64,000 bases of DNA from an uncultured Pseudomonadota bacterium (GCA_964491895.1 CAZBHK010000002.1:79660-143659); one strand, 5' to 3'. Counted from the first letter of the stretch, positions 27,340 to 38,270 are shown. Notes: generated from the letters alone by a model not told the origin. Numbers and translations are program-made.

Positions 27340-28495
27340 AAAAATATTTATCATAATCGTATTAATAATTCTTGGTATATCAGCTGGCTTATATCGCTTT
27401 AGGCAAAACAATAAACCACTACCGTTTGTAACCATGCAACCTGAAGTTAGAAATTTAGTCCAATATGTAAACTGTGCTGGCAAACTCAAAGCTGAAGATC
27501 AAATAACTGTAGGTAGCTTAATTGCTGGACGAGTCATAAAAATTTTAGCAAATGATAACGACGTTGTTAAAAAAGGAGATCTATTAGCAGTCTTAGATAA
27601 TGGCATAGGTGACACAGCTAAAGAAAGAGCCAAAGCTGTAATGAATGAGATTAAGGCTAAACTAGATTATACAAAGGACTTTTATGATAAGGAAAAACAA
27701 CTTTATGAACTTGATCAAATATCTAAAGACAAATTTGAAACAGTAACCAGAGACTACCAAGTACTACAAGCACAATATGAACAAGCCAAAGCCGACTTCA
27801 CATTAAAACAAAAAGAATACGATAATTTATTTATTAAGGCTCCAGACAACGGAATAATTATCTCAAAAAATATAGACCTAGGACAAATGGTAACCTCTGT
27901 TCTACAAGCAACACAACTTTTCATCATAGCTAAAGACCTAAAAAGTATGGAAATAGAAGTAGAAGTCGATGAGGCAGATATAGGCCTTATAAAACCTCAA
28001 CAAAAAGCAATATTCACGGTAGATGCTTTTCCTAACAAAAAATTTACCGGAACAATCAAAGAACTACACTATCTTCCACAAATTATTGAGAATGTAGTTA
28101 CTTATGCAGCTATAATTAAAATCAAAAATGATGACTTGATTTTACGTCCTGGTATGACAGCTGATATCAATATAGAAATAGCAAAATCTGATAACGCCGT
28201 ATGTGTATTGAATAAAGCATTCAGAATTAGTGAACTAACTTTAGAAAAAGTAGCCAACAAACTTAAGTATGGCTTTAAGCCTCTAGATAATATAGAAAAA
28301 AATAGTAGCTTATGGATTTTAAAAAATAAAATATTTAAGGAAATCCCTGTACAAATAGGACCAACTGATAATAAATATACCGAGGTTATAAATTTATCTA
28401 AATCCTTAGAAATAGTTAAAGAAGTAGTCGATCCTGATTCAGAAAATGCTTTAGTAAAACAAATGTTCTCGAATAAATCTGGAATTGGTAAATAA
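27329..28495 (+). CDS. HlyD/MacA-family periplasmic adaptor
   Basis: N-terminal TM anchor (MNFKKIFIIIVLIILGISAG), a lipoyl-like motif GRVIKILANDNDVVKKGDLLAVLD, a coiled-coil hairpin, and a beta-barrel RPGMTADINI. The track ORF start at 27266 looks like an upstream over-extension. Confidence 0.8.
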   Translation: MNFKKIFIIIVLIILGISAGLYRFRQNNKPLPFVTMQPEVRNLVQYVNCAGKLKAEDQITVGSLIAGRVIKILANDNDVVKKGDLLAVLDNGIGDTAKERAKAVMNEIKAKLDYTKDFYDKEKQLYELDQISKDKFETVTRDYQVLQAQYEQAKADFTLKQKEYDNLFIKAPDNGIIISKNIDLGQMVTSVLQATQLFIIAKDLKSMEIEVEVDEADIGLIKPQQKAIFTVDAFPNKKFTGTIKELHYLPQIIENVVTYAAIIKIKNDDLILRPGMTADINIEIAKSDNAVCVLNKAFRISELTLEKVANKLKYGFKPLDNIEKNSSLWILKNKIFKEIPVQIGPTDNKYTEVINLSKSLEIVKEVVDPDSENALVKQMFSNKSGIGK

Positions 28496-29182
28496 ATGGA
28501 ATCCTTAACATTAAAGGACATCTGTAAAATTTATAACTCTTCAGCCAATTCAGTTACAGCATTAAACAAAATATCATTAGAAATATCTCCTCATGAATTT
28601 GTTGCTATAACTGGTACTTCTGGTTCTGGTAAATCAACGCTTATGCATATAATGGGATGCTTAGATATACCTACATCTGGAGAATATTTCATTGGAACCT
28701 CAAATGTTTCTAAATTAAATAAAGATGAACTAGCACACATTAGAAATAAAAAAATAGGATTTATTTTTCAACGCTTCAATCTACTTCCTGATCTAGATGC
28801 ACTAAACAATGTAGCGCTTCCACTGCTATATGCTGGTGAAACAGAAAAAAAAGCACAAATAGAAGCAGAAAAATTTTTAAAACTAGTAGGTTTACAAGAT
28901 AGAAAAGATCATTATCCTTACCAGTTATCAGGAGGACAACAACAACGTGTAGCAGTTGCAAGAAGCCTAATTAACAAGCCTACCTTCATACTTGCTGATG
29001 AACCTACTGGAAATCTAGACTCAGTAACAGGAAAATCAATAATGGCTTTATTTAAAGAACTTAATGAAGTACAAAAAGTTACTATTGTTCTAGTAACACA
29101 TGATCCTGAGATCTCCAAACAAGCAAAAAGAATTATAGAATTAGTTGATGGTAAAATCAAATCAAATAAGGTGATATCATGA
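28496..29182 (+). CDS. MacB/LolD-type ABC transporter ATP-binding protein
   Basis: Walker A GTSGSGKST, signature LSGGQQQRV, Walker B ILADEPTGNLD, and H-loop VTHD. Confidence 0.92.
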   Translation: MESLTLKDICKIYNSSANSVTALNKISLEISPHEFVAITGTSGSGKSTLMHIMGCLDIPTSGEYFIGTSNVSKLNKDELAHIRNKKIGFIFQRFNLLPDLDALNNVALPLLYAGETEKKAQIEAEKFLKLVGLQDRKDHYPYQLSGGQQQRVAVARSLINKPTFILADEPTGNLDSVTGKSIMALFKELNEVQKVTIVLVTHDPEISKQAKRIIELVDGKIKSNKVIS

Positions 29183-30396
29183 CCTTTTATATCTTATTAA
29201 TAACTTCATTACGTTCATTAAGAAAACATCCACTCAGGTCTTTATTGACCACGCTGGGTGTCATCATAGGTGTTATAGCAATCATTACAGTTACAGCTAT
29301 TGGCTCTGGAGCAGAAACAAGAATTAATAAAGAAATCAAACAATTAGGTAGTAACTTTATTATTTTAATAGCAGGCTCACAAAAAAATCTCGGTGGTCCA
29401 CGTAGCAGTGCAGGACTTTATAACATCAAAAAAGAAGATATAAAAACCATTCTAAATGAATCTGAATACATAGATAAAGTCTCTCCTGCAATTCAAACAT
29501 CAGCAACAACATCCTATTCTTCAAAAAAATGGAAAACCATTATTGCTGGAGTAGCTGATAATTATGCAGACATTCGAGAGTGGCCAATTATTGATGGAAG
29601 TTTTTTTACAGAACAAGACGTTAAAGCAACTCGAAAAGTAGCCGTTCTAGGACAAACAGTTGCAAAAGAGTTATTTGGAGATGAAAATCCTATTAATCAA
29701 AAAATCAGAATAAAGGGATCACCTTATATCGTTGTTGGTGTTTTTGCGCCTAAAGGTAAACTCCCTAATGGTATGGATCAAGATGATAGTATATTTGCAC
29801 CATATTCAACAATTAGAAAAAAACTTATGGGTGTAAAGGGATTTTCTGCTATCATTTTATCTGCCAAAAATGCTAGTGTAATCCACTTAGCAGCAGAAGA
29901 GATACGATCCATTATGAGACAACGACATAAAATCTTACCTGGAGATGATGATGATTTTACTATTTTCTCTCAAGATGAAATAGCTCAAGCAGCGCAAACC
30001 GCTTCAAAAGTTTTCAATATACTACTTCTTATAATAGCCAGCATCTCTTTAATAGTAGGTGGAATAGGAATAATGAATATCATGCTTGTTACAGTCACTG
30101 AAAGAAAAAAAGAAATTGGCATAAGAATGGCCATTGGTGCAACAACCTCAAAAATTTTAAATCAATTTATACTAGAGGCAATTGCCATATGTCTTACAGG
30201 TGGGATTATTGGCGTAATTATAGGCTCTATTATAGCTACATTAATAGGCATATTGCTACATTGGTCTGTAAAAATAGCACCTATGTCTATTTACATATCA
30301 TTAATATCATCAACCCTTGTAGGAATATTCTTTGGATATTACCCTGCTAAAAAGGCTGCTAACCTAAATCCAGTAGAAGCATTAGCTGATAAATAA
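29179..30396 (+). CDS. MacB/FtsX-type ABC transporter permease
   Basis: TM1, a large periplasmic domain, then 3 C-terminal TM helices with the motif VTERKKEIGIRMAIGA and PAKKAANLNPVEAL. ATGA overlap with the ATPase gene. Confidence 0.88.
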   Translation: MTFYILLITSLRSLRKHPLRSLLTTLGVIIGVIAIITVTAIGSGAETRINKEIKQLGSNFIILIAGSQKNLGGPRSSAGLYNIKKEDIKTILNESEYIDKVSPAIQTSATTSYSSKKWKTIIAGVADNYADIREWPIIDGSFFTEQDVKATRKVAVLGQTVAKELFGDENPINQKIRIKGSPYIVVGVFAPKGKLPNGMDQDDSIFAPYSTIRKKLMGVKGFSAIILSAKNASVIHLAAEEIRSIMRQRHKILPGDDDDFTIFSQDEIAQAAQTASKVFNILLLIIASISLIVGGIGIMNIMLVTVTERKKEIGIRMAIGATTSKILNQFILEAIAICLTGGIIGVIIGSIIATLIGILLHWSVKIAPMSIYISLISSTLVGIFFGYYPAKKAANLNPVEALADK

Positions 30397-30397
30397 G

Positions 30398-33136
30398 CTA
30401 CTGTTTGCCAACACGGCCAACACAAACTCTGTATAGCTTATCTGTTTTAAAATACATTTTAGCAATACGGTTTACTTCTTCTAATTTTATATTTTGCACT
30501 CTTGCTAGAGCTTTATCAAAATAATCAAATCCTAAGCCAAGACCTTCAAGTCTACCAAGCTGTTTTGCAACAATACTATTTTTTTCACTTAAATCTATTA
30601 GCGATTTAACATAAATTTTTCTAGCAACTTCTAATTCTTCTGGGAAAATACCTTTTTCAGCAATATCATTAATAACAGATTTTAAAACCTTAGTTACTTC
30701 TTCAATCTTATCAGGACTTAAAAGAACATATATATAATCAAAACCATGTTCCTTAGTTGAAGAATATCCAAAAGCACCACTAGCTGTATAAAAAGCTCCA
30801 GTTGCCTCACGTAGATTAAATACTCTAGAACCTAATGAACTAAATGCTACTATATTTAATAATCTAACAGGGATTAAATCAGGATCCTGAATAGTTAATG
30901 TAGATGGCTGTCCCAACATAAACACAACCTGATCTCTTAACATAAACTGATCTACATTCTCTGGAGTATAACCTACAACCTTAGTATGAATACCAAAAGG
31001 TTTATATTCTTCACCTGTTAATGGAGCAAAAAATTCAAGAGCATGTTTCATCTTATCCTGATCAAAATTACCAACGACAGAAATAACTAATGCTTTGGGT
31101 GTAATATATTTTTTATGTGCTTTAACTAAATCTTGAATAGTAATCCCCTGCAACTCTTTAATTACACCATCAATGGTCCAACTATATGATGGATGATCTT
31201 TATAAATTAAATTTTTAAGTAAATTAAAAGCTACTGTATTTTCATCCTTTTTAAGAGCTGTAAACTGATCTATCAAAATAGACCTAATTTTATCCAAAGC
31301 AGCTTGAGGAAATGTTGGTTTTTGAATTATATGTAATAAACGTTTAAAAACTTCTTCATAATTTTCACTTAAAGCACATATACCAACACCAGAAGCATCA
31401 AATCCATAATCTACTGCTCTAGATTCAAAGAAGTTAACGTTATCATTCTTCGAAAAACCTTCACTACCTTCCATAAGCATTTCCATAAGAACTTTTAATA
31501 AAACACTATCTTTAGACATCTCAAAGAATGGTGCATCTCTAAACTGAATCATAAGATTAAAAAATGGCCATCTATTATTCTTATGCAAGAGAACTTTAAT
31601 ACCATTCTTCAATGTAGATTCTATAGGTCTAGGAAATGAAAATTTTAGATCAACCTGCTTAGACAACTTATTTACAAATCTTGGTTCTTCTAATGAAGCA
31701 GTCCTGTGTTGTTTACTTAATATCTTAGTATCTAGTTCATCTTCATATGCTTGGGCTTCTTGTAATAAATACATTTTATCTTCTGGCACAGGCAGAAGTT
31801 GTACTTCATTTACACAATATGGATCTAAAAATTTCTTAGCTATTTCTTGAATTTGTTTTGAAGTAATCTTATTTATATCTTTTAAACGTTCAAAGATATA
31901 ATGTTCATCATTAGTTGCAAAATAGAATCTTAACCAGTCAAAAACGAAATTTTTATAATTTTCTAAAGATTGAAAAACTGTTCTCTTTTTAGTATTAACC
32001 ATCTTTTGCAACTCTTCTTTAGTTACACCATCTTGTATAAGCTTCTGAATCTCTTCAAATATAACTTTTCGACATTCATCGATCTTACCATCCTTAGGTT
32101 CAACCAACGCACAAAAGACACCAGCCTCTAAAAACTCTGAAGCACCTGCTGTTACAGAATTAGCAATCTTATCTTCATCAATAAGTCGTTTGTAAAGCCT
32201 GCCACCTTCACCATATGCCAACACAAACTCCAATGCTTCAAATAATAAATCATGCTTTTCTTTAAGACCTGGAATCCTCCAAAATAATCCCAGTACAGGT
32301 TTTTCCATAACTCTATAAATTTTGCTTTCTCTAGATACTAAATCCTTTGGAATGTGCGGTAAATTTCTAAGTTGAGCAGTACCACCATCTATTTTTTCAA
32401 AATTTTTCTTAACCTCTGACAATACTTCTGCCTGATCAACATCACCTACAATAAATAAAACAGCCTTGTTAGGTTTATAATATTTTTTATAAAACTTTTT
32501 TAACTTCTCTGAAGAAAGAGATAATAAATCTTCTTTATATCCTATAATAGGAACACTATATGGATTATTAGTTGGGAAAAGACTCTTGAATGCCTCTGCA
32601 AACATTACTCTAGAATTATCATCGCGACCCATCTTAAGTTCGGAAACAACTGCCTTAACCTCTGAAGCTAAATGTTCTGGGTCAAAACGAGCATTTTCCA
32701 TACAATCAGATAATAAACCTAAAAATGGTTTCCAATTACTACTATCAGTCTCAAAATAATAACTGGTTGCATCTTGATAAGTAAAAGCATTAAATGATGC
32801 ACCATATTTACGCGCAATAGCATTAATATCTGTTTCTGAAAGAATCTTTGTACCTTTAAAAATCATATGTTCTATAAGATGAGCTAGACCTTTTTCACCT
32901 TCTTGTTCATCTATAGAACCAACATCATAAGCAATTTGCATTAAAACTTTAGGTATAGACTTATCCTGCATAATAAGAACGCTCATACCATTATCTAAAA
33001 CAACTTTAGTTATTTTTTCATTAAAGGTCACTTTTTTTCCCCAGTCTAAATGTATACCATTATTCCAAAAGAACATGGATAACAATGCTAAAAAAATCGT
33101 ACTCATTGAGAATAATAAAATTTTTAAAATTTGCAT
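30398..33136 (-). CDS. M16-family (pitrilysin-like) zinc peptidase, double-module, secreted or membrane-anchored
   Basis: Inverted zinc motif HLIEHMIFKGT (HxxEH). The 912 aa amount to two M16 active/inactive domain pairs. N-terminal hydrophobic anchor. Confidence 0.85.
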   Translation of the reverse strand: MQILKILLFSMSTIFLALLSMFFWNNGIHLDWGKKVTFNEKITKVVLDNGMSVLIMQDKSIPKVLMQIAYDVGSIDEQEGEKGLAHLIEHMIFKGTKILSETDINAIARKYGASFNAFTYQDATSYYFETDSSNWKPFLGLLSDCMENARFDPEHLASEVKAVVSELKMGRDDNSRVMFAEAFKSLFPTNNPYSVPIIGYKEDLLSLSSEKLKKFYKKYYKPNKAVLFIVGDVDQAEVLSEVKKNFEKIDGGTAQLRNLPHIPKDLVSRESKIYRVMEKPVLGLFWRIPGLKEKHDLLFEALEFVLAYGEGGRLYKRLIDEDKIANSVTAGASEFLEAGVFCALVEPKDGKIDECRKVIFEEIQKLIQDGVTKEELQKMVNTKKRTVFQSLENYKNFVFDWLRFYFATNDEHYIFERLKDINKITSKQIQEIAKKFLDPYCVNEVQLLPVPEDKMYLLQEAQAYEDELDTKILSKQHRTASLEEPRFVNKLSKQVDLKFSFPRPIESTLKNGIKVLLHKNNRWPFFNLMIQFRDAPFFEMSKDSVLLKVLMEMLMEGSEGFSKNDNVNFFESRAVDYGFDASGVGICALSENYEEVFKRLLHIIQKPTFPQAALDKIRSILIDQFTALKKDENTVAFNLLKNLIYKDHPSYSWTIDGVIKELQGITIQDLVKAHKKYITPKALVISVVGNFDQDKMKHALEFFAPLTGEEYKPFGIHTKVVGYTPENVDQFMLRDQVVFMLGQPSTLTIQDPDLIPVRLLNIVAFSSLGSRVFNLREATGAFYTASGAFGYSSTKEHGFDYIYVLLSPDKIEEVTKVLKSVINDIAEKGIFPEELEVARKIYVKSLIDLSEKNSIVAKQLGRLEGLGLGFDYFDKALARVQNIKLEEVNRIAKMYFKTDKLYRVCVGRVGKQ

Positions 33137-33205
33137 AAATATCTTAATCTTTTATGATAGAACATTATCAAATTTTAGTAAAAAATATATTTTATAGTAA
33201 AGATA

Positions 33206-34273
33206 ATGAATATTCTCATTTTAAGAGTATCAGCAATAGGCGACGTCATCCATACTTTGCCTGCTCTATTCATGTTAAAAAAATTGTACCCAAAAGCTAA
33301 AATTAGCTGGATTGTACAGAAAAAAGCAGCACCTTTACTCATTAATCATCCACTACTAGAAAATGTATGGATACTTCCAGACAATTTTTTAAAAATTAAA
33401 CATTGGCAGAATACATACTCTATTATTAAAGAGATAAGAACAATACAGTGGGATGCTATCTTAGACTTTCAAGGAATTCTTAAAACACTAATTTTTTTAT
33501 TATTCGTCAAGGGACCTACATATGGCTTTGATAAAAAAAATAACCGTTCATTCTTAAATTTCTTACTAACTAAAAATCATATTACACCAAACTATACGAA
33601 CATTATCCAAAAAAACTTAGCCTTAGTAAGTGATATAACTTTAAGAAAAAAAGCTAAAAAATATCTTAATCCTGAATATGAACACAATTCCCCAACTATC
33701 GATCATATAAAAAAAGACTTTTACCTCAATATTCCTGAAATAAATAAAAATTTCATAGATAACTGGTTAAAAAATAATAATATTGAGAAATTTATTGCCA
33801 TTACACCAAATACTACTTGGGAATCAAAATACTGGCCATTAGAATACTGGAAATCCTTTCTAACTAAAGCTAGCGATACAAATAATATTGTCCTGCTAGG
33901 CAAAACCTTTGGTAAACACGCACAAGAACTTTATCACTATGCAAAACAAAATAAGTTAAATGTCTATGCCGCTCCAGAAAGCAATCTCATTGATAGCGCT
34001 TACCTTATAAATAAATCAGAATTATTAATAGCACCGGATACCGGCATCCTTCATTTAGCAGATTTTATAAAAGCCCAATCTATTGGTATCTTTGGACCAA
34101 CAAAGGCACTACAACATGGTCCATTTCTAAATACTAATAATATTAAAAACTGCTTACAAATAGAATGTCCACATTACTACCAAAAACAACACATTGACAT
34201 CAACTGCATGAAAAAGCTGACACCAACTATGTTACTTACTCACGTCAACAATATTCTGTCTTCGAAAAACTAA
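33206..34273 (+). CDS. Glycosyltransferase family 9 (LPS heptosyltransferase)
   Basis: MNILILRVSAIGDVIHTLPAL at the N-terminus and PDTGILHLADFIKAQSIGIFGP at the C-terminus. Confidence 0.8.
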   Translation: MNILILRVSAIGDVIHTLPALFMLKKLYPKAKISWIVQKKAAPLLINHPLLENVWILPDNFLKIKHWQNTYSIIKEIRTIQWDAILDFQGILKTLIFLLFVKGPTYGFDKKNNRSFLNFLLTKNHITPNYTNIIQKNLALVSDITLRKKAKKYLNPEYEHNSPTIDHIKKDFYLNIPEINKNFIDNWLKNNNIEKFIAITPNTTWESKYWPLEYWKSFLTKASDTNNIVLLGKTFGKHAQELYHYAKQNKLNVYAAPESNLIDSAYLINKSELLIAPDTGILHLADFIKAQSIGIFGPTKALQHGPFLNTNNIKNCLQIECPHYYQKQHIDINCMKKLTPTMLLTHVNNILSSKN

Positions 34274-34888
34274 TAGTTTTCTCTTTCTACCATCATTAAC
34301 ATAAGAATGCTGTTGAACTATGTAATCCTTAATTTTTTCGTTAGGAACAAACTCTTCAATAGCCCAGTAAACTAAAGTTGTATTTTTATACTCACAACCA
34401 CCTCTAAAAAGCCTACATAACTCTAATGGCTCAAGTGATGCTCTAGCTACAAAAAAGTCTATAGGAGCCGTTGTGGTACGAATAAAGGTTCTAAAATCCA
34501 AATCACATACTTCTATATTTTCTAGTTCAAGCTCTTGAATAACTCTACTTAAAAACTGTCTTTTCTTATGATTAACCTCGATTAAAATTATCTTTAAATG
34601 TGGATATACTATCTTCAAAGCTATCCCTGGAAGCCCTGCGCCTGTTCCAACATCGGCTATCAACTGAGGCTTAGTTAAATCCATAAGGTCAGCAAGAATC
34701 AAAGAGTCAGAAAAATGCCTATTAATAATACCTTTAATAGACTGTATAGCAGTAAGATTAATTTGTTTTCCCCATTCTATAAGCATATCTGCATATTTTT
34801 TAAAAAGAACTATCTGTTCTTCAGATAAATGTCTCTTAATTCTAAATTTATCCCAAAGCTGCTCAGTTTTATTATTATCTTGATCCAT
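34232..34888 (-). CDS. rsmG: 16S rRNA (guanine527-N7)-methyltransferase RsmG
   Basis: HFSDSL ... DVGTGAGLPGIALKI ... LIEVNHKKRQFL. Confidence 0.9.
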   Translation of the reverse strand: MDQDNNKTEQLWDKFRIKRHLSEEQIVLFKKYADMLIEWGKQINLTAIQSIKGIINRHFSDSLILADLMDLTKPQLIADVGTGAGLPGIALKIVYPHLKIILIEVNHKKRQFLSRVIQELELENIEVCDLDFRTFIRTTTAPIDFFVARASLEPLELCRLFRGGCEYKNTTLVYWAIEEFVPNEKIKDYIVQQHSYVNDGRKRKLLVFRRQNIVDVSK

Positions 34889-34969
34889 TTTATCCCTTAG
34901 TATGGATTTTTAAAAAGTCATTTGTTTATAATATATGATATATAGCATAAAAATAAAATAGGGGATTCT

Positions 34970-35737
34970 GTGAGAATTGTATTACTAGTAGTTATATTAG
35001 CTTGTATAAGCCCAAATATTCATGCTAATCCTTCAATAGTAGCTTTTCTCCAACAAGCTCCTATATCGGTCATGAAAAAAGTTAAAAAGGATATTCTTAA
35101 AAAATTTGATAATAAAAACCCATCTCAAATAAGTAAAAAGCTCATAAAAGCCTATCTTTTAGAAAGGAATATTTTAATCCCACTCAACGGATTTCTGGCA
35201 TTATATAAAGGATATTCAACATATTCTAATCATGATGGATTAATAATATTCCCTATAAGACATATTCCAGCAGATCAAATATTTTTAGCAATCACTCCAT
35301 CTATAAATTTAGAAAATATAGATAAAGAAACATATTCCGACATCACAATACCAAAAAAATATAATGATACAAAACTGTATCTATTTTCACGCCAAAAAGA
35401 GGAATACAAAGATGACACTTTGTTGACCAATCAAAAAAATAAAAAGTTCCTATACTATTGGAAAGTTACAAAACAGGATATTCCTGAACATAGAAAAATT
35501 CCTTCAAAAAGTATAATTCTGCTTACTAAGCCACAAAATATTTTTGTGGCTGAAGGTGATTTTTTCACTAAAGAGAATCCAAACATTGTTTTACCTGAAA
35601 ATATCTTCATTATCGGCCGAAATCAAAATATTATATCTTTATTCACCTTCTTAAAGCTGGCTCAATATTTTGAACCTATGACATTAAAACATAAAAAAAG
35701 ACATAAATCAGAACAATCGATCTTCGAACGACTATAG
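34970..35737 (+). CDS. Hypothetical secreted protein
   Basis: GTG start and signal peptide MRIVLLVVILACISPNIHA. No recognised motif. Confidence 0.45.
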   Translation: MRIVLLVVILACISPNIHANPSIVAFLQQAPISVMKKVKKDILKKFDNKNPSQISKKLIKAYLLERNILIPLNGFLALYKGYSTYSNHDGLIIFPIRHIPADQIFLAITPSINLENIDKETYSDITIPKKYNDTKLYLFSRQKEEYKDDTLLTNQKNKKFLYYWKVTKQDIPEHRKIPSKSIILLTKPQNIFVAEGDFFTKENPNIVLPENIFIIGRNQNIISLFTFLKLAQYFEPMTLKHKKRHKSEQSIFERL

Positions 35738-36703
35738 TTAACGTGAAATTGATATGGCCATAAGACGATCTTGAATAACAGAGCCTGATTGCTCCATCAT
35801 AATCTCATTACGCTCTTCAGGGCCAATATCTAGCGCCTTAAGATAAGATGATAAATGTTTTTTAAAAATATGCGCACCATGAGAGCCATAATGAGCAATT
35901 ATATAATCAAAATGTTTAAGTGCACAGGCACTAACAAGAACATGATCTACTTTAAAGGAACGTCCTTGAGAAAGTTCTTTCAATTCTTTTAATTTCCATG
36001 GCTTACCAATCATAGCGCGACCAATTAAAAAACCATCAACTCCAGTATGCTCATAAACCATTTTTGCTATTGACCACTCATCAATACCACCAGAAATGAA
36101 TACAGGAATCGAAATCAATTTTTTCACATCTGCCGCAATAGCATAATTAGGTTCACCCTTAAACTTTTCTGTCTGTAACCGTGGATGAATAGCTAAAGCA
36201 TCAACACCACAATCTTGCAGCAGTTGAGCAACTTCAAGCGCATTATCCTCTTTAAATCCTGCACGCATTTTGACAGTAAATGGAATTGGTAAACACTTTC
36301 GCATCACTTGAACAACTTTTTTAAGCTGTGGCAAATTGCTCATCAGTGCGGATCCTGCGCCAGAACCAACCACATTTTTGGCTGGGCAACCAATATTGAG
36401 ATCAATACAATCCACACCCACCGCTAAAATTTTTTCACATGCTTGCTCTAGAAATTCTGTATCATGCGTGGCTAATTGAAAATTAAGAGGACGCTCTGAT
36501 TGAGCAAATTTAAGCACTTTTAACCCACCCACCTCACTAACTATACAAGCAGCATGGCGAATTTCAGTATACAAAAGTGCTTCAGGAGAAAATTCACGCA
36601 CTAATTTACGAAATGGTGCATCGGTTACCCCATCCATGGGACCACCAATAAAACGATCAAAAGTCAGATGTCTAATAGTTGCCTTACTGTTCCAAAAACT
36701 CAT
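35738..36703 (-). CDS. dus: tRNA-dihydrouridine synthase
   Basis: PMDGVTDAPFR ... DLNIGCPAKNVVGSGAGSALM ... TVKMRAG ... IHPR. Confidence 0.9.
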   Translation of the reverse strand: MSFWNSKATIRHLTFDRFIGGPMDGVTDAPFRKLVREFSPEALLYTEIRHAACIVSEVGGLKVLKFAQSERPLNFQLATHDTEFLEQACEKILAVGVDCIDLNIGCPAKNVVGSGAGSALMSNLPQLKKVVQVMRKCLPIPFTVKMRAGFKEDNALEVAQLLQDCGVDALAIHPRLQTEKFKGEPNYAIAADVKKLISIPVFISGGIDEWSIAKMVYEHTGVDGFLIGRAMIGKPWKLKELKELSQGRSFKVDHVLVSACALKHFDYIIAHYGSHGAHIFKKHLSSYLKALDIGPEERNEIMMEQSGSVIQDRLMAISISR

Positions 36704-36815
36704 ATATTCTCATAGTATGTTTATTAAAAAGATAATTAGTGATCTTGTAAGTATAGCTCATAGATAATAAATCGTAAAAGCCCTACTCTCTTACATTAAT
36801 GACAAACTAACCTAG

Positions 36816-38270
36816 TTATGTATTCAAAATCTTATCGCTTTGAGCCAGTCTCTTAATAAGGCTTGTACTAGAATGCTGATTTTTCCAACCAATAATAACA
36901 ACCTTGCCACCATATGCCTTTAAAACATCATACCCAACAACCTGTTCTGGCTTATAATCAACACCCTTCACCAAAATATCAGGCTTTAAGCACTTAATCA
37001 CTTCCAATGGAGTATCTTCATCAAAACTTACAATAAAATCCACCATACTCATGGCAGCCATAACATTAGCTCTTTCTATTAAAGGTTTAACCGGTCGCCC
37101 TTCACCCTTAAATCTTTTAATAGAAGCGTCTGTATTAAGAGCTACAACCAAAATATCACCTTGTTTCTTAGATTCCCTAAGTATATGAATATGTCCAGTA
37201 TGAAGAATATCAAAACAACCATTCGTTAATACTACAGTTTTACCAGCAACCTTAATTTGATTAAGTTTATTTTTAAGAATAGACCAATCAGTATAATATT
37301 TTTCTAGTGGTGCAATATATTCATCAACAATATCATCCAATGTTACTGCATAAGTTTTTAATTTGGAGATAGCTATAGCTGATGCTTGATTAGCTAATGT
37401 TAAACATTGTTCCATTGATATATTACAGGCAAGACCTGCTGCTATAAATGATATTGCCGTATCGCCCGCACCAGTTAAATCAAAAATATCTTTCTTTACT
37501 GAAGGTGAAAAAATTTCTTCTCCTTCTCGAGATATATAAGTGATCCCTTCTTCACCTTTAGTTACAATAATACCTTGTAACTCCAACTTTTCACATACCT
37601 TGTATGCTTTTTCTTTAAAGGAATCCACTGATATCTGAAAAAATGAACACATTTCTTCAAACTCTTTATAATTAGGTTTCATATAAGAAGCACCTAGATA
37701 CTTACTAAAATTTGGACCCTTAGGATCAACTAGAACTATACAAGATTTAGTTATAATCTTTTGCATAAGCGCTTTATCTATAACACCCTTTGCATAATCT
37801 GAAATAATAACAATCGTGTTACTAGTAATCATTAAATCAATATTATTATAAACCTGCTCACGTTCTTCATCAGTTAATAAAAAATTATCTTCCATATCTG
37901 TACGTATTAACTGATGATTTTGGGCCATAATTCTTTTCTTACGTGTCGTTACGCGCACAGAACTTTTTACAATACCATTTGTAGAAATATTATTAGCTTC
38001 CAACATTGAAATTATACGTGTACCCCAATGATCATTTACTCCAACAACACCAATAATATTAACATTGCATCCAATACCCTTACAATTTAAGGCCACATTA
38101 GCAGCACCACCCAAACTCCATTCTGTCCTTTCTTCAAGAACTATTGGTACCGGCGCTTCCGGTGAAATACGCTTCACAGAACCAAAAACGTACTCATCTA
38201 ACATCAAGTCACCAATAATTAAAACATCTTTAGATTTTTTCTTAAATACTTCAATTATTTCTTTTATCAC
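36816..38270 (-). CDS. hldE: Bifunctional D-beta-D-heptose 7-phosphate kinase / heptose 1-phosphate adenylyltransferase
   Basis: N-terminal ribokinase fold (DLTGAGDTA). C-terminal cytidylyltransferase HxGH motif (TNGCFDILHTGHIHIL). Confidence 0.9.
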   Translation of the reverse strand: MIKEIIEVFKKKSKDVLIIGDLMLDEYVFGSVKRISPEAPVPIVLEERTEWSLGGAANVALNCKGIGCNVNIIGVVGVNDHWGTRIISMLEANNISTNGIVKSSVRVTTRKKRIMAQNHQLIRTDMEDNFLLTDEEREQVYNNIDLMITSNTIVIISDYAKGVIDKALMQKIITKSCIVLVDPKGPNFSKYLGASYMKPNYKEFEEMCSFFQISVDSFKEKAYKVCEKLELQGIIVTKGEEGITYISREGEEIFSPSVKKDIFDLTGAGDTAISFIAAGLACNISMEQCLTLANQASAIAISKLKTYAVTLDDIVDEYIAPLEKYYTDWSILKNKLNQIKVAGKTVVLTNGCFDILHTGHIHILRESKKQGDILVVALNTDASIKRFKGEGRPVKPLIERANVMAAMSMVDFIVSFDEDTPLEVIKCLKPDILVKGVDYKPEQVVGYDVLKAYGGKVVIIGWKNQHSSTSLIKRLAQSDKILNT

